Source: Candidatus Microgenomates bacterium (GTDB taxonomy: Bacteria > Patescibacteriota > Microgenomatia > Daviesbacterales > UBA10151). Taken from it: a DNA stretch of 64,000 bases. This document shows, piece by piece, positions 1 through 11,495 of this stretch. Within the stretch, counting starts at the first letter, position 1. Each line of letters opens with the position of its first letter. The notes under the pieces were generated by a model. It was not told where the DNA came from and ran no database searches. It was given only the letters and a program-made list of their open reading frames with translations. The stretch spans positions 39-64,038 of the forward strand of contig JACOYE010000011.1 in the NCBI GenBank assembly GCA_016182045.1. The letters run 5' to 3'. The translations under genes were made by a program, and so were the position numbers.

Positions 1-66
1 ATTCGGATTTTCTCATGATTCAATGATTCAATTTCATTCGGATTTTAGATGAGTCATATCGAATCC

Positions 67-96
67 TTGACAAATAGTGCTAATATTTGGTATAAC
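67..96 (+). promoter_or_regulatory. sigma70-type promoter of groES-groEL with a CIRCE right half-site
   Basis: TTGACA 67-72, TGG-TATAAC 88-96; TAGTGCTAA 75-83 matches CIRCE arm GAGTGCTAA 8/9, left arm absent. Confidence 0.6.
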
Positions 97-126
97 TTCC
101 TCCAGAATTCCTGCCTCATTGATTCC

Positions 127-2077
<1,951 letters not shown>

Positions 2078-2117
2078 GTATGGCAACTGAAAGAGACACT
2101 TTTCCAACAGAGAGCCA

Positions 2118-2420
2118 GTGCAAGTTAGACTAGAAGAGTGGCTTGCCCCTTTTTCCAGGATAAAAACCCTTGAAGATTTGCAACCAGGTGAAACTCCTGA
2201 CGTACTTTTAGTTGCAGATACTTTTTATCTTGAAGGTATTGGACATGGTAGGATTCAGATTGCTAAGTTAGATGTTAGTGAAGGAAGTCTTTTATTAGAT
2301 TTATCAGGCGATGAGCCAGTTCTTAATCCCATGGTAAGGCAGTTCGGACGAATAGATGTTTTATTTAAGGATTTAGATAAAACAATGCTGACTAAACTTA
2401 AGTCTCTAATTTTATGGTAA
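2118..2420 (+). CDS. Hypothetical protein (5' end uncertain)
   Basis: 100-aa ORF from GTG; upstream ATG 2080 is out of frame. Confidence 0.5.
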   Translation: MQVRLEEWLAPFSRIKTLEDLQPGETPDVLLVADTFYLEGIGHGRIQIAKLDVSEGSLLLDLSGDEPVLNPMVRQFGRIDVLFKDLDKTMLTKLKSLILW

Positions 2421-2423
2421 AAT

Positions 2424-2678
2424 ATGTTTATTATGCAAACTATTCCTTGGCAAAAAATTAAAGCTTTAGAAGATGAAATAAAGGTTTTAAAAAACCTAGG
2501 TAAAAAGCAGGTTAAAAAGACTACTAAGAAAGATAGTCTTAAAGGTATATTAAAGGCTAAACCCAGTAGTATTGAAGGTATTCTAAAAGGAGTTAATGTT
2601 AGCTGGAAGGATTTTCAAGAGGTAAAACAAATGTGGCTTGATGAAGATCACATACTGCACCAGAAGCACAAAAAGTGA
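2424..2678 (+). CDS. Putative antitoxin-like small protein
   Basis: basic 84-aa ORF with SLKGILK-type motif; stop overlaps a PIN-toxin start (GTGA). Confidence 0.55.
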   Translation: MFIMQTIPWQKIKALEDEIKVLKNLGKKQVKKTTKKDSLKGILKAKPSSIEGILKGVNVSWKDFQEVKQMWLDEDHILHQKHKK

Positions 2679-2770
2679 ATATTTTATTAGATACAAATGC
2701 TCTCTTCTGGTATTTAGAAGATTCTCCTGTATTAAGTAAGGATGATCAAACTTATAATCAAAACAAATAA
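2675..2770 (+). pseudogene. Truncated VapC/PIN toxin (31 aa)
   Basis: GTG-start MNILLDTNALFWYLEDSPVLS is a PIN N-terminal motif; cut where the yjbQ-like gene begins. Confidence 0.7.
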
Positions 2771-3140
2771 AGCGAAGCAAGCTTTGGATATTACGGATAT
2801 TATAAATCAAGAAATCAAAAAATTAGAAATTAAGGACGGGGTTTGTAATTTGTTTGTTACTCATACAACAGCTTCCATAACTACTGCTGATTTGGATCCT
2901 GGGACAGATCAGGATTATTTGGGTGCTTTTGAAAAACTTATTCCCAAATTGGATTTTCACCATCCCCATGATCCGCAACACACCCCTGATCACATTTTAT
3001 CTTCTTTAATAGGTACCTCAATTACTCTGCCGGTGGAGAATGGGAAATTGGTGTTAGGAATTTGGCAGAGAGTAGTTTTAATGGAATTTAATGGGCCAAG
3101 AGAACGAAATATTGTAGTTTCTATGGTAAGTTCTCGCTAA
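2742..3140 (+). CDS. yjbQ: YjbQ/UPF0047 family protein
   Basis: DITD, HTTASI, HILSSLIG, LGIWQ, EFNGPRER. Confidence 0.9.
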   Translation: MIKLIIKTNKAKQALDITDIINQEIKKLEIKDGVCNLFVTHTTASITTADLDPGTDQDYLGAFEKLIPKLDFHHPHDPQHTPDHILSSLIGTSITLPVENGKLVLGIWQRVVLMEFNGPRERNIVVSMVSSR

Positions 3141-3180
3141 TCGCTCGAACAATAATAACCTATCTGTTACAATTTATATA

Positions 3181-3774
3181 ATGGCCAAGTTTCATTACCG
3201 AGAATCTCCCACACTAAAACAAAGAAAAGCTTTTGCTCCCTATCTTTCTGAAGATGAGGAATTGATTTTAGTGACAGGTTTTTCCAAAGCCTATACACGT
3301 TCCATGTTTACTTTATTCTTAGTTTTTCCTGGTTTAATTTTTGCTCTGGCAGGAGTAGGTATAGCTTGGCTTTTAGGACTTTCTAAACAAATGGCCATAA
3401 TTTTGGCAATTTCTTTGATGATATTTTCAGCACTGCTTAGAATCCTACATGTATACCATGCCAATCGCTATCTGCTTACCACCAGGCGGGTAATCATCAA
3501 AAAAGGTTTATTCTCTGTCAAACTAACCGCAGCTTTATATGATAAGATCACTCATTTAGAAGTAATTCAAGGTCTGATTGATAGATTTTTACTTCATCAC
3601 GGCACCATCATGGTCAATACTGCAGGTTTAAATAAGGGAGAAATTGTTTTAAAGTTTGTTGACTATCCAATGGAAATCAAAAATCTAATGGAGCGGCTTA
3701 TCAATAGGGAGCGGGAACAGTTTGGTTTAAGAGGAGCAACCATCACCGAAGTTGAAGGTGAAATCATTTCTTAG
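3181..3774 (+). CDS. Membrane protein with bacterial PH domain
   Basis: two TM segments then YLLTTRRVIIKKG and GTIMVNTAG. Confidence 0.75.
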   Translation: MAKFHYRESPTLKQRKAFAPYLSEDEELILVTGFSKAYTRSMFTLFLVFPGLIFALAGVGIAWLLGLSKQMAIILAISLMIFSALLRILHVYHANRYLLTTRRVIIKKGLFSVKLTAALYDKITHLEVIQGLIDRFLLHHGTIMVNTAGLNKGEIVLKFVDYPMEIKNLMERLINREREQFGLRGATITEVEGEIIS

Positions 3775-4399
3775 CCAAGTTCTCGTTGGGCATATCAGGA
3801 ATTTCCGGTAAGATTGTTAAGGGATTAATGTAGTTGCCATCTTTGGTAATTTCCAAATGGGTATGAGGACCGGAGGTGAATCCAGACAAACCAACCTCTC
3901 CGATGATGTTTTCAGATCTAACTTCTTGACCTTTCTTGATATAAATTCTTCCCATATGTCCATATAAAGACTTGAATCCTTCAGTATGAGAGATAATCAA
4001 ATGATTACCATAGCCCCAAAAGCTGAAATTGACCTGCTCCACAGTTCCGGCGGTAATGGGATGGATGGGCATTCCCAAGCCGGCGGCAATATCGACACCA
4101 GGGTGAGATCTGGAGAAAGATGTTGAGAGGTAACCGGGATGAGGTAAAACAACCGGTTGAGGAAAAGAAGAGGCAATGATGCCATCTTGCACCTGATTTT
4201 GAGCAAAAGAGGTGGAGAGTCTGACAGGTGGAAATGTCAAAGCCGGATAGTAGCCGAAAAAGAAAAGAAGCAAGGTGATAATTATGGTAAGTCGTTGAAA
4301 CCTTTTTGGAACCCTTGACTTGATGTTAAAAAATCTTTGAGTTAGGGCGACCCCTTCAAAAACTTTTCTAGGCAGAAGGTTTTGAATTTTCTCTTTCAA
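3764..4399 (-). CDS. M23 family metallopeptidase
   Basis: HPGVDIA, YGH, GFTSGPHTHLEI; N-terminal TM. Confidence 0.92.
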   Translation of the reverse strand: MKEKIQNLLPRKVFEGVALTQRFFNIKSRVPKRFQRLTIIITLLLFFFGYYPALTFPPVRLSTSFAQNQVQDGIIASSFPQPVVLPHPGYLSTSFSRSHPGVDIAAGLGMPIHPITAGTVEQVNFSFWGYGNHLIISHTEGFKSLYGHMGRIYIKKGQEVRSENIIGEVGLSGFTSGPHTHLEITKDGNYINPLTILPEIPDMPNENLAKK

Positions 4400-4494
4400 A
4401 AGAAAGCCAAGCTTTTTAAGGGCTTGGTAAGGAGGAATACTAACAAATTTTTCTTAAGATGTAAAGCTTACTGTGGTATATTATACTTTAGCTT

Positions 4495-5310
4495 GTGCCA
4501 AAACTTATGAAAAAGACTCTGCTTTTGGTTTTAGTAAGCATCAGCATTGCTTTGCTGATTGTTCGTTTCAGTTCAAAAGGCTTGGAGATTTTTTTGGGCA
4601 TCAAAGAAAAGAGTGGCCTGTCTATTTTATCCCAACCTTCCGATGCCACTGTTTTTCTTGATGGTCAAGAGGTGGGTAAAACTCCATATGAAGATAAGAA
4701 CTTACTTGTTAAAGACTATGTTGTTAAAATCGAAAAAGATCAATCCTTTTGGGAAGGAAAGGTTAGTTTAATAGCAGGAACACTGGTCGTTGTAAATAGG
4801 GAATTATCTAAAGAATTAACCACCTCTGCAGGTGAGATTTTAACTCTAAGAAAAGGTAGAGGTTTAACTGTCATATCAAATCCCAATAGTGCAGATGTAG
4901 AAGTAGACAATAAACCATCTGGTAAGACTCCTTTGTCAGTTAATGTATCAAGCGGTGAGCATAATGTTTCAGTTTCTCACCCGGGTTATCTAAAAAGGAA
5001 TATCAGAGCGATGTTGCCGTCTGAATATAACCTGGTTGTTTCTGTTGATTTGGCTATTGCTGAGGCCGATCTTACCACCATAACTACTCCTCCTATAACT
5101 CAAACTCCCCAAGTTTTGGTAAAGGACACCCCCACGGGATTTTTAAGAGTTAGAGATAAGCCTTCTTTATCAGGAAAAGAAATTGCTCAAGTTAAACCTG
5201 GTGATACCCTGATACTTTTGGAAGAGCTTCCTTCTTGGGACAGAGTTAGATTACCTGATGGGACTGAGGGTTATGTTTCCTCAGTTTATGTAGAGAAAAA
5301 GAATCCCTAA
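4495..5310 (+). CDS. PEGA-domain and C-terminal SH3b protein
   Basis: two SxPxxAxVxxD..GKTP repeats; LRVR..GYVSSVYV. Confidence 0.85.
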   Translation: MPKLMKKTLLLVLVSISIALLIVRFSSKGLEIFLGIKEKSGLSILSQPSDATVFLDGQEVGKTPYEDKNLLVKDYVVKIEKDQSFWEGKVSLIAGTLVVVNRELSKELTTSAGEILTLRKGRGLTVISNPNSADVEVDNKPSGKTPLSVNVSSGEHNVSVSHPGYLKRNIRAMLPSEYNLVVSVDLAIAEADLTTITTPPITQTPQVLVKDTPTGFLRVRDKPSLSGKEIAQVKPGDTLILLEELPSWDRVRLPDGTEGYVSSVYVEKKNP

Positions 5311-5427
5311 CCTGTGGTTTGCCAGTAAAATAAAAATAGTGCTTGACAAATTGCCCATAAAATGTTAAATTTTTAATTGTTTGCCTTCTAATAATTAGAA
5401 AACTAAAGAAAGGGTGGCAAGACTTTC

Positions 5428-5862
5428 TTGAGGCATACATTAATCTTTCACACTATAAATATCGCCAGAAAACTCCAACAGAGAGTAAGTTTTCGAGATA
5501 CCCACTTACCTTTATCATATTCCCAAGCTTTAACTTTAATCACCCTTCGTTTGAAAAAAAGCTTAAGTCAAAATGAGTTAGCTTTAATACTTTATCTTAG
5601 CCCAGCTTCCGTGGTCACTCTGATTGATGAACTGGAGAAACTCGGCTTAGTCAAAAGAGAGATACCGAGCGATGATCGTAGAAGGTATAGCATTGTATTA
5701 ACCAAAAAAGGGCAAAGGAAAGCTATAGCCATAAGAGATCTAACTTATAAATTGGACGATTTCCTCAAAGATAAACTTCAAGCAAGACATAACCGTTCTT
5801 TTCATTTGAATCTGAATAAAATAGATCATTATTTAGACCAATGGAAAGGAGGTGAAAAGTGA
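5428..5862 (+). CDS. MarR family regulator
   Basis: SQNELA, LIDELEKLGLVKR, DRRR..LTKKG; TTGACA at 5343 upstream. Confidence 0.9.
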   Translation: MRHTLIFHTINIARKLQQRVSFRDTHLPLSYSQALTLITLRLKKSLSQNELALILYLSPASVVTLIDELEKLGLVKREIPSDDRRRYSIVLTKKGQRKAIAIRDLTYKLDDFLKDKLQARHNRSFHLNLNKIDHYLDQWKGGEK

Positions 5863-6311
5863 AGTATCTTGCTCAAAGTGAAATTTGGCAACTTGATCAG
5901 GTAACAGGTGTGCAAGCGTTAAATGGTCAGCCTCCCTCAAGGGTACTGGCTCGTTTTAAACAGATTTTCCCCTTGACGTTGTTTCGTGACGAGTTGATCA
6001 TCGAAGAATTGAGAATGGTTTGGGTCAGAAGAGACGGACCATGGGCCGAGGAGGTGATTTCTATTATGGCCACCGATATTGCCTGCGTTGATGCCTCATC
6101 CGGACCATTTTTTGGACATGTACATATCAAAAGCCTAACTGGTGGTTTAGATATTTTTGTAGACAAATTACAAAGAGGTCATGTCTATCAGATTAGAGCA
6201 TTGGTTGAAACTATTGCCTTAGCCTCCAGAGCAGGTAAAATAATTAATGGTTCTCTTCAAGCAGGTGGACACTCTCATTTTCCGAGTCAAGGTCATATTG
6301 AGATGAACTAA
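5859..6311 (+). CDS. Hypothetical protein (PH-like fold possible)
   Basis: GTG start with AAGGAGGTG RBS, overlapping the marR stop. Confidence 0.7.
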   Translation: MKYLAQSEIWQLDQVTGVQALNGQPPSRVLARFKQIFPLTLFRDELIIEELRMVWVRRDGPWAEEVISIMATDIACVDASSGPFFGHVHIKSLTGGLDIFVDKLQRGHVYQIRALVETIALASRAGKIINGSLQAGGHSHFPSQGHIEMN

Positions 6312-6385
6312 CCATCTGCTTGTATCAAAAAACTATCCAATCTTCTTAAGAGGAGATAGAATCTTTAATAAACTTTAGCGGCTTT

Positions 6386-7318
6386 TCAAGCCCCCAGATA
6401 ATAAATTATTCCAACTACCACAACAAGCCAGAGAAGAACTGCTATAAGAAGCGGTCTGTCGGTGAGTAAGACTCTTTCAGGAGACTCTCCCTCCTTTTTT
6501 TCATAAATTATATACAGATACCTCATAACTCCATAGATTACTAAAGGAACTGTTGCCATCAGATATTTTGCTTCAGCAAAAGGTAGCTCCAAACCCCCTA
6601 AAAAGTTAGATAGAGCACTTCTGGCGTTGATAGGTGGTTGTAAGAAAGCAAAGAAAGCATAAGTTAACCAGGTAGAGTTGGCAAACATAGAAGTTAAGAT
6701 ATCCAACAAGTTTTCAGAATAATGCAAAAGAGTTTCTCTATGGCGAGCAGCCTGGCTTTCCATCAAAGTTCGCTCAGACCGCCTCTTTCCAATTGCCAAA
6801 AATAAAGCAAAAGATATAACAGAAAGTAAAAACCAAACATTAAGATGAGCATCTATTGCCCAAACTCCCGCGTATACTCTTAAAACAAATCCAGTAGCAA
6901 TCACCATCACATCAATTAAAATGACCTGTTTTAGATAAGCTGAATAAAAAAGTTGCAAAACTAGATAGGTTAATGCAGCAAAGAAAAAGGCAGGGGAGAG
7001 TTTGTAGGATAAGGGGAGAAGCAGACCGATTATAGCCAGTGCCACTGCAGTGGCAACCGATACAGGGACTGATCCTTCGGCAATAGGACGCTTCTTTTTA
7101 AAAGGGTGAAGTTTATCTCTTTCAATATCGAAAACATCGTTTAAAAGATAGGTGGCAGATGAGAAAGCGCAAAAAAACAAAAACGCTTGGAGTGTCTTAA
7201 TTTGACTTATGGGGTCAAATAATGAGCCGGAAAAAATAAGAGCAGCAAATATGCTTAAGTTTTTTATCCACTGTCTGGGACGCGACGCTTTGATAAGTCC
7301 CCAAAGAAGTTTAACCAT
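6386..7318 (-). CDS. UbiA family prenyltransferase (decaprenyl-phosphate phosphoribosyltransferase-like)
   Basis: RPRQWIKN, YLLNDVFDIERDKLHP..KRPIAEG, GKRRSE. Confidence 0.9.
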   Translation of the reverse strand: MVKLLWGLIKASRPRQWIKNLSIFAALIFSGSLFDPISQIKTLQAFLFFCAFSSATYLLNDVFDIERDKLHPFKKKRPIAEGSVPVSVATAVALAIIGLLLPLSYKLSPAFFFAALTYLVLQLFYSAYLKQVILIDVMVIATGFVLRVYAGVWAIDAHLNVWFLLSVISFALFLAIGKRRSERTLMESQAARHRETLLHYSENLLDILTSMFANSTWLTYAFFAFLQPPINARSALSNFLGGLELPFAEAKYLMATVPLVIYGVMRYLYIIYEKKEGESPERVLLTDRPLLIAVLLWLVVVVGIIYYLGA

Positions 7319-8307
7319 AGTATACCACCTAATATTAGTATTGCCACCAAGATGGTCGCAAACAGTTTGCCGGATGATGACAAACCCAGGGCGATAAGCC
7401 CTAAGATAACAGATCCCAAAAGGTAAAACAAGGAGATTCTCTGATGTGTCAGACCTATCTCTAAAAGTTTATGGTGCAGATGTCCTCTGTCTCCCCAAAC
7501 AGGGGATTTCTTTTGAAAAATTCTTCTTAGGAATGTGTAGGCAAAATCTGTGGCGGGAATCAAAAGCACCAGCGTGGCAGTTGCTAGTTTTGCTCCCGAT
7601 AAAATTGCCAAAGTGGCAATCATAAATCCCAAAATTGTTGAACCTGAAAATGCGGGGAAAATCTTTGCCGGATACCAATTAAAGACCAAAAGCCCCAAAG
7701 ATGCGCCGGCTGTGATAAAGGCAATTTTGGCCACATCTGCTTGATTAGGATCTCCCAATAGAGTAAGTTTAATAGAGAGCAGTCCTAAAACTGCCGCGGC
7801 TACAGTAACAATTGAGGGCATTTGGCCATCTACCCCCTTTGACCAATTAATCATATTCATTACCCATACAATCCAAATTAAGGCCAAAAGATAAGAGATA
7901 AAGGGAGAGAAATGAATGATCCCTCCCAGGGGATTGGTGATAAAATTTATCCCTACTCCACTCCAAACCACTACTAAGGCAGCAATGAATTGAGAAAAAA
8001 GCCTAAAATAGGGAGATAAATTTTGATATTTATCATCCAAAAGTCCAATAAATAAAAGAATTAAAAGAGCTAAGAAAATAGCAATGATAACTTTACTTAG
8101 AGGAATAAAGATAAATATAGTAAAGATAATTCCTAAAAATGGTGCCAATCCGCCTGCCCGAGGGACTGTCCTTTTTTGTATATGTGCAGGATGAGGTCTA
8201 ATCCTTGGGTTGTCTATCAGATTAAATTTTTTTGCTATTTTAATCGCGGGATACATGGCAATGGTAGTTGTGAAAAAGGATATAATGGCAGGCAAAAGAA
8301 ATTGCAT
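7264..8307 (-). CDS. MraY/WecA(TagO) family glycosyltransferase 4
   Basis: PRAGG, GLLDD, NWSKGVDG, FNWYPAKIF, DRGHLHH. Confidence 0.9.
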   Translation of the reverse strand: MQFLLPAIISFFTTTIAMYPAIKIAKKFNLIDNPRIRPHPAHIQKRTVPRAGGLAPFLGIIFTIFIFIPLSKVIIAIFLALLILLFIGLLDDKYQNLSPYFRLFSQFIAALVVVWSGVGINFITNPLGGIIHFSPFISYLLALIWIVWVMNMINWSKGVDGQMPSIVTVAAAVLGLLSIKLTLLGDPNQADVAKIAFITAGASLGLLVFNWYPAKIFPAFSGSTILGFMIATLAILSGAKLATATLVLLIPATDFAYTFLRRIFQKKSPVWGDRGHLHHKLLEIGLTHQRISLFYLLGSVILGLIALGLSSSGKLFATILVAILILGGILWLNFFGDLSKRRVPDSG

Positions 8308-8313
8308 ATAAAT

Positions 8314-8655
8314 TTAAATAAATATAAAGATTATTTTTAGATAGGTCAGGCTCAGAATGAGGGTATTGATTAAAGATGAGATCATTAATATTTTTTTAAA
8401 AAAAGTCTGACTTAAATGTAGGTGCCAGGAGATTGCTAAATTGCCTAAGGCGATTAGCATAATGATAGCGGGAATGATGAAAAATTGCTGATGGGTTGCC
8501 AGCTGATTATCACCCCAGGGTAGAGAATAAAATAATGGTAATTTATTTGGTAAATTTTTTGAAAGAAGTAAGATAGATAGCCCGATGAAAGCAGCTATCA
8601 ATATAGATAAAGCTTGGAGCCAAAGATAAAATTTATTGTTTTTTAAGACAAACAT
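8314..8655 (-). CDS. Small membrane protein (DUF1648-like)
   Basis: 3 TM segments, LPxKLPLFYSLPWG. Confidence 0.65.
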   Translation of the reverse strand: MFVLKNNKFYLWLQALSILIAAFIGLSILLLSKNLPNKLPLFYSLPWGDNQLATHQQFFIIPAIIMLIALGNLAISWHLHLSQTFFKKILMISSLINTLILSLTYLKIIFIFI

Positions 8656-8656
8656 T

Positions 8657-10465
8657 TTAATAATTTAAATTTTTCTCAAGAAGTCTAGCTTTATTGGTGA
8701 CCCTAAATTCCAATTTCTTACCAAACATGAGAGAAGTTTGGGCATCGATTGCCGGTAGGGATGAGATGGTAATTAAAATAATTGGCACCAAAAGCCACTG
8801 GATATATGACCAGATTACTTTAAAAATAGACCAACCCTTTGGCCTTTTGGGGACGGTTTTTTCGTGGACTAAAATGGTTGCAAAAAGCCCCAAAAAAGCC
8901 GTAGTTAAAATCCAGGAAGAGATAATGGGTAAGTTAACCGATAAAACAGAAAGTTTGTAGCTTGGGTTAACCAATGGAATCAAAAGACTACCGAAGGTGA
9001 CGAATATCGCCAAAAACCCCCATTTCAAATCCCCCCAAATTTTAAATAGTAACTTGTCGGTTTTATCCCAAAAGTCAACTTCTTTTTTAAAATATTGTTT
9101 TACTATAAAAGGTATATGTTCAACCCCATAAGCCCAACGTTTAATTTGTAAATATTGATTTTGGAAGGTCTTAAGAAGTGTGGTATCTTGGACAGCATCT
9201 CCGGAAATTGGCAGGAAATGGGGAATAACTTTGTAGTCGCCATTAAAGTGGAAGTAAGCTTTCCAGTAAAAACCGGAGTCGTCATTAACCTTATCCGGTA
9301 TCCACAAACCAACATCCAACAACGCTTTAAGAGAAATGGACATAGATGAATAGTTAATATATTTATCAGAGCCAACCATTTCCGCCAGTTGCCAAAATGA
9401 AGTTCCGGTGGCCATCAATCTCATGGGAGTGGGAGTCTGCCAATAATTGTTGTGATATAAGAATACCCCGGTAAATGAACGTTTATCTCTTTTTGACTGC
9501 GGCTGTGATAAGTATTTATGCAAGCTGCCTGCCAGAAATTGAGGATTAATACAAAAATCTGCATCCAAGGTAGTGACAAAAACATCTTCAATTTTGATGC
9601 CTCTTTTTTTAAACTCGGTAAGGATATTATTGATCATCCAGTTTTTGTTTGAACCTTGACCCGGGACTTCTCCCGGCAGACCATAAGGGTGAATGGTGGT
9701 GAATACTCCAGCAATTTTTGACTCGATCTTTTTAAGAATATTTTTAGTTTCGGTAATTTTTTTTGGATCATCTCTTTCTTCAAAGCCAACAGCTAAAAAC
9801 ATTTTATCTTTAGAGTAGTTTGAATTTAATATTGCTTCAAAAGTAGAAGTCAAAATATAGGGAGGCTCTTTATAGGTAGGGATCAGTATTAAATGATAGT
9901 ATTTTTGCCAATTTTGGGGGAAATCTTTTTGCAAAAGATTTAACCAATCCTTACTTTTGGCAACCTCCATTTTTCTATATCCAATCAAAATAAGTACACC
10001 AATTTTTAAAGCACTAAGTAACCAGTAAACATCAGCAATTAAAATTAAGTAAGCCACAACATAAGGTAAGGTGAAGGAAAGCCAAACAGGGGAGGTGAGA
10101 GCAAGCCAGGTGATTGCCCCAGGCAAAATTTCCAAGATTCTTTCAACTAAATTTTCATGTTTTAAAACAAAGTCTTTTTCTATCCTTTCAGACAAAATAT
10201 AACGACGAGAAAGAAGATGATGTAGCACCAGTCCAATACCAGAACCAATTAAAAATAGACCTGATAAAATATTAAGCCCACTACCTAAAAAAGATTGTCC
10301 AAAAATGCTTAAAAAAATTCCCACCGCAATAAAGATTATCCCAACCAAACTATGGGTTATAGGAATAACCTCTAAGGCAGGATATTTTCTGCCCAATCTC
10401 TGAAAAAGTTCTGCCAAATAAAAAAATGATACTAAACCTATAAAAAATGATAAGATTAAACGCAT
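8657..10465 (-). CDS. Membrane GT2 family glycosyltransferase
   Basis: IPTYKE, DAD, DD, QIKRWAYG; TM segments at both ends. Confidence 0.88.
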   Translation of the reverse strand: MRLILSFFIGLVSFFYLAELFQRLGRKYPALEVIPITHSLVGIIFIAVGIFLSIFGQSFLGSGLNILSGLFLIGSGIGLVLHHLLSRRYILSERIEKDFVLKHENLVERILEILPGAITWLALTSPVWLSFTLPYVVAYLILIADVYWLLSALKIGVLILIGYRKMEVAKSKDWLNLLQKDFPQNWQKYYHLILIPTYKEPPYILTSTFEAILNSNYSKDKMFLAVGFEERDDPKKITETKNILKKIESKIAGVFTTIHPYGLPGEVPGQGSNKNWMINNILTEFKKRGIKIEDVFVTTLDADFCINPQFLAGSLHKYLSQPQSKRDKRSFTGVFLYHNNYWQTPTPMRLMATGTSFWQLAEMVGSDKYINYSSMSISLKALLDVGLWIPDKVNDDSGFYWKAYFHFNGDYKVIPHFLPISGDAVQDTTLLKTFQNQYLQIKRWAYGVEHIPFIVKQYFKKEVDFWDKTDKLLFKIWGDLKWGFLAIFVTFGSLLIPLVNPSYKLSVLSVNLPIISSWILTTAFLGLFATILVHEKTVPKRPKGWSIFKVIWSYIQWLLVPIILITISSLPAIDAQTSLMFGKKLEFRVTNKARLLEKNLNY

Positions 10466-10515
10466 AATTTTGAGGACAGTAAGCTTAGTTTAATGAATTT
10501 GATAGGTGAAATCAA

Positions 10516-10560
10516 ATGATCCGCCTTTGGCGGATCATCCTGAGTGGAGTCGAAGGATCT
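10516..10560. repeat. Hairpin plus family A element supplying the tatD stop codon
   Basis: ATGATCCGCC-TTT-GGCGGATCAT, then CATCCTGAGTGGAGTCGAAGGATCT. Confidence 0.8.
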
Positions 10561-11413
10561 GTTTTACATTGGCACTGGTTTGATTGGCAACATCTTCTAA
10601 AGAAATCTCTTTTAGCTGGGCAATCAGTTGAGCAATCTCTAAAACATTGGCTGGTTCATTTCTTTGGCCTCTTTTTGATTGAGGAGGCAAAAATGGGCAG
10701 TCTGTTTCCAAACAGATTTTTTCTAAAGGCAACAATTTAGCAGCTTCCCTTAAATATTCATTTTTAGGATAAGTAATGGTGGCTGCAAAGGATATTAGTA
10801 TACTCGGTTTCTCGAATACTCGTTTCGTCGTTTGTAGCAAGCCACTGTAACAGTGGAGTATAGTTGGGTGGTTACCAACCATCTTCAGTACTTCATCCCA
10901 TGCTTCGCTGTTTTGTGGATTGTGTGATCTATCATCCCTGCAGTGAACAATTAAAGGTAAATTTAGTTTCTTAGCTAAATCAATCTGGGCTTGAAACAAC
11001 TGGCGTTGCAGTTGTTTTATCTTGGAAACAGATAGGGTAGGCGGAGTAAATTCTGGATCAGAATAATAATCTAGTCCACATTCTCCAACAGCTACCACTT
11101 TTTTAGGATTATCACTATAGATTTTTCCCAATAGATCTATATCTTCTTGGACAAACCTTGTACGATCGGATAATGTTTGTCCATTTTTGGCATATTTTAT
11201 GGCCTCATGGGGATGGATACCAATGGTGGAATACCCTTCGACTCCGCTCAGGGCAAGTTTATCCGAAACTTGAGCAGCCTCCCTAGATTTCTCCACATCA
11301 ACACCAACATTTATGATAATGCCAACTCCAGCATCCTTGGCTCTTTGAATAACCTCATCAAGATCCTGCTTATAATCTTTCCAGTAAAGATGAGCATGAG
11401 TATCTACCAGCAT
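10535..11413 (-). CDS. tatD: TatD family hydrolase
   Basis: DTHAH, GIHPH, GECGLDY, HCR, HCYSG, ETDCP; start at ATG 11413. Confidence 0.95.
   Translation of the reverse strand: MLVDTHAHLYWKDYKQDLDEVIQRAKDAGVGIIINVGVDVEKSREAAQVSDKLALSGVEGYSTIGIHPHEAIKYAKNGQTLSDRTRFVQEDIDLLGKIYSDNPKKVVAVGECGLDYYSDPEFTPPTLSVSKIKQLQRQLFQAQIDLAKKLNLPLIVHCRDDRSHNPQNSEAWDEVLKMVGNHPTILHCYSGLLQTTKRVFEKPSILISFAATITYPKNEYLREAAKLLPLEKICLETDCPFLPPQSKRGQRNEPANVLEIAQLIAQLKEISLEDVANQTSANVKQILRLHSG
11149..11182. repeat. Palindromic insert in tatD (TGTACGATCG core)
   Basis: GGACAAAC...GTTTGTCC inverted repeat; core resembles 41355-41376 and 57284-57300. Confidence 0.65.
11234..11257. repeat. Family A element in tatD
   Basis: CCCTTCGACTCCGCTCAGGGCAAG, 24 nt, encodes LALSGVEG. 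Confidence 0.85.
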
Positions 11414-11495
11414 ACCCCTGATTTTATCAGAAATAACAATCCTCTTTAATCTCTTGCTAAAAGATGTTATAAGATAGGGAGATAAATAATCCTTT

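Noticed and set aside
2080-2133. Programmed frameshift joining ATG 2080 (MATERD...) to ORF 2118
   Set aside because: No slippery site or homology support; could be decay or sequence error.
10800-10837. TACTCG-like periodicity in tatD
   Set aside because: Irregular period and too degenerate to call an array.
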